This document shows, one piece after another, positions 62,116-64,000 of a DNA stretch of 64,000 bases (positions within the stretch are counted from its first letter, which is position 1; every line of letters starts with the position of its first letter). Location of the stretch: NCBI GenBank assembly GCA_963749495.1, contig CAVVMW010000005.1:416001-480000 (forward strand). The letters run 5' to 3'. The notes beneath the pieces are model-generated. The model made no database searches. It saw only the letters and a program-made list of their open reading frames with translations, and was not told the origin of the DNA. The position numbers were made by a program, and so were the translations under genes. Origin of the DNA: an uncultured bacterium. GTDB taxonomy: Bacteria > Verrucomicrobiota > Verrucomicrobiia > Limisphaerales > UBA8199.

Positions 62116-62378
62116 TGCTGGCTGCCTGATTCTGCGCAAAATGGGCAACCCTCCTCTGTTGTCAACAGTTTCGCCGCTCAGCCGCCGATACTAGGCGCGC
62201 CGGGCAACGCTGTCGAGTCACTAAGCCCACTACGCCCCTGTCACAGTTTGCCCGACACGGCGCCTAAGCCGTACGACTTTGGCTTGGCGCTCTCAGACCG
62301 GTTTGACGCGTCTGACGCGTCTTGCCCCGCGCCATTCTCAGATTGACAAGCCCCTTGCGTTCGGGTTCCATGGCCTCC

Positions 62379-62852
62379 ATGAAAGGCAATACCGGACTCA
62401 TCGCCACCCTCAACGTCCTCCTGGCTGAGGAGTTGACGGCCATCAACCAGTACATGGTACACTCGGAGATGTGTGCCAATTGGGGATTTGACCCTCTGCA
62501 CAAAGCCGTCGAGAAACGGGCGACCGATGAAATGAAACACGCCGAGAAACTCATCGGGAGAATCCTCTTTCTCGAAGGGACCCCGCAGGTCAGCCATTTG
62601 AACGAGTTGCGCATTGGCGCGGAGGTTGCCGCGCAACTGGACGACGATCATACTGCCGAGCTTGGAGCCGTGAAGGCCTATAACGATGCCATTGGCCAGG
62701 CCGGGGAAATCGGCGACAACGGCACGCGCGAGTTGCTGCAATCCATTTTGCGCGACGAGGAAGCCCACCTGGACTGGCTGGAAGCACAACTTGACCAAAT
62801 CAAACAGATGGGAATCCAGAACTACCTGGCCCAACAAGTGAACCAGAAGTGA
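62379..62852 (+). CDS. bfr: Bacterioferritin
   Basis: ELTAINQYMVH, DEMKHAEKLI.RILFLEG (haem Met), DEEAHLDWLE, GIQNYL. Confidence 0.96.
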   Translation: MKGNTGLIATLNVLLAEELTAINQYMVHSEMCANWGFDPLHKAVEKRATDEMKHAEKLIGRILFLEGTPQVSHLNELRIGAEVAAQLDDDHTAELGAVKAYNDAIGQAGEIGDNGTRELLQSILRDEEAHLDWLEAQLDQIKQMGIQNYLAQQVNQK

Positions 62853-62897
62853 CGCAAGGTGAGCCTGGCAGCCCGCCTGAGGCCGGATTGAAACGAC

Positions 62898-64000
62898 ATG
62901 ATTGGCAGCATCAAGTCGAACCCACCTGGGCTTGGCGCGCCGGCCCTGGCGCTGCTGGCGCTGACGTGCGCCCTGGCCGGTTGCCGGCGCGAGCAAATCA
63001 AGGCCCCTTCGCCCGCGGCCCAGTTTGAGCGCCAGGGCAACCTCATTGTCATCCCGAGGCAATCCCCCTTGCGCTCGCGCCTGGTGTTGGAGCCGGCGCG
63101 CCGGGAGAGCATCCAAAGCCAGCTCTTCGCCCCGGCGGTGGTCGAGGCCGAGCCGCAGAAACTGGCCCGCATCTTCCCGCCCGCCTCCGGCCGGCTCGCC
63201 AAGCTGCACGTCCGGCTGGGCGACACGGTCACGCAAGGCCAGTTGCTGGCCTCGCTCAATTCGAGCGAGTTTTTTGCCGGACAGAACGATTACGTCAAGG
63301 CCCGGAACGCCGTGCAGTTGACCACTCGCGCCTTGAAACGGCAGCAGGAGCTGCTGGAACACAAGATCGCCGCCCAAAAGGATGTGGATCAGGCGGCCAG
63401 CGATTACGAAGTGGCCCGGAGCGACTTGGATAACGCGACCAAACGGCTGCTGGTCTATGGGCTGGACCCTGAGAGGGACCGGTTGGGCCAGCCGTTGCAG
63501 GTCTTTTCACCGCTGGCAGGCCAGGTGGTGGAGATGACCTCGGGCAGCGGGGAGTTTCGCAACGATGTCTCCGCTCCGTTGATGACGGTGGCTGATTTGT
63601 CCACCGTCTGGCTGACGGCCAATGTGCCGGAGAAGGACTTGCGGCACCTGAGCAAGGGCCAGAGCATCGAGGCCTCGCTGGGGGCCTATCCGGGCGAAGT
63701 GTTCACCGGCCAGGTCCTGTTCATCGGGGGCCTGATCGACCCCGAGCTTCGAGTGGCCAAAGTCCGCATCGAGTTCGCCAACCCCCAGGGCCGCCTCAAG
63801 CCCGGGATGTTCGCGACGGTGAAATTCCTGGGCGTGGCGGAGACGCGGGTGACCGTGCCGGCCGCGGCCATCGTGCAGTCGGGGCAGAGCGCCTTCGTCT
63901 TCGAGGAGGTTCAGCCCTGGACGCTCCAGCCGCGCGAGGTCCTGGTGGGTCCGCAGGTGGGCGAGCGCATCGTGATCGCCAAGGGACTGGAGGCCGGGGC
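62898..64000 (+). CDS. RND efflux periplasmic adaptor (CzcB/CusB-like lipoprotein), partial
   Basis: Translated by eye: LAGC lipobox, GRLAKLHVRLGDTV..GQLL, VADLSTVW, LKPGMFA; runs off the window. Confidence 0.9.
   Translation, partial: MIGSIKSNPPGLGAPALALLALTCALAGCRREQIKAPSPAAQFERQGNLIVIPRQSPLRSRLVLEPARRESIQSQLFAPAVVEAEPQKLARIFPPASGRLAKLHVRLGDTVTQGQLLASLNSSEFFAGQNDYVKARNAVQLTTRALKRQQELLEHKIAAQKDVDQAASDYEVARSDLDNATKRLLVYGLDPERDRLGQPLQVFSPLAGQVVEMTSGSGEFRNDVSAPLMTVADLSTVWLTANVPEKDLRHLSKGQSIEASLGAYPGEVFTGQVLFIGGLIDPELRVAKVRIEFANPQGRLKPGMFATVKFLGVAETRVTVPAAAIVQSGQSAFVFEEVQPWTLQPREVLVGPQVGERIVIAKGLEAG

Noticed and set aside
62156..62168. Palindrome CTGTTGTCAACAG between the divergent hypothetical gene and bfr
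   Set aside because: Single short instance that I cannot assign to a regulator.

Overview
High-GC bacterial DNA, inferred (not proven) to come from Verrucomicrobiota (Pedosphaerales/Limisphaerales-like), based on the secreted-protein C-termini, tandem GbsR-type regulators and repeat families. 1-8.3 kb: nucleotide-sugar genes (DegT-type aminotransferase, GDP-mannose 3,5-epimerase-like, fcl, fkp). 8.4-23.3 kb: secreted hydrolases, nfi, murJ, an intact IS630 and an S53 peptidase. 23.3-29.1 kb: a compact GspE/2xGspF/3-pseudopilin cluster. 30.7-40.7 kb: an eight-gene, mostly translationally coupled phosphorelay with no DNA-binding output. 40.8-62.1 kb: a large gas-vesicle (gvp) locus with Cdc48-type AAA+, Hsp20, tandem ArsA/GET3 ATPase, zinc-finger genes, two copies of an NtrC-type activator and candidate sigma54 promoters. 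Its regulatory half was duplicated and the two copies decayed reciprocally around a 6 kb insert (two-component pair, PIN toxin-antitoxin pair, second IS630). The window ends with bfr and an RND adaptor. It also holds many modular miniature inverted-repeat elements with visible target-site duplications; some sit in-frame in proteins or exactly on stop/start overlaps, and one splits an ancestral GvpA-like-GvpK fusion gene. About 12 single-base frameshifts in otherwise intact genes probably reflect sequencing indels. All product calls come from motif recognition by eye; no database searches were run.
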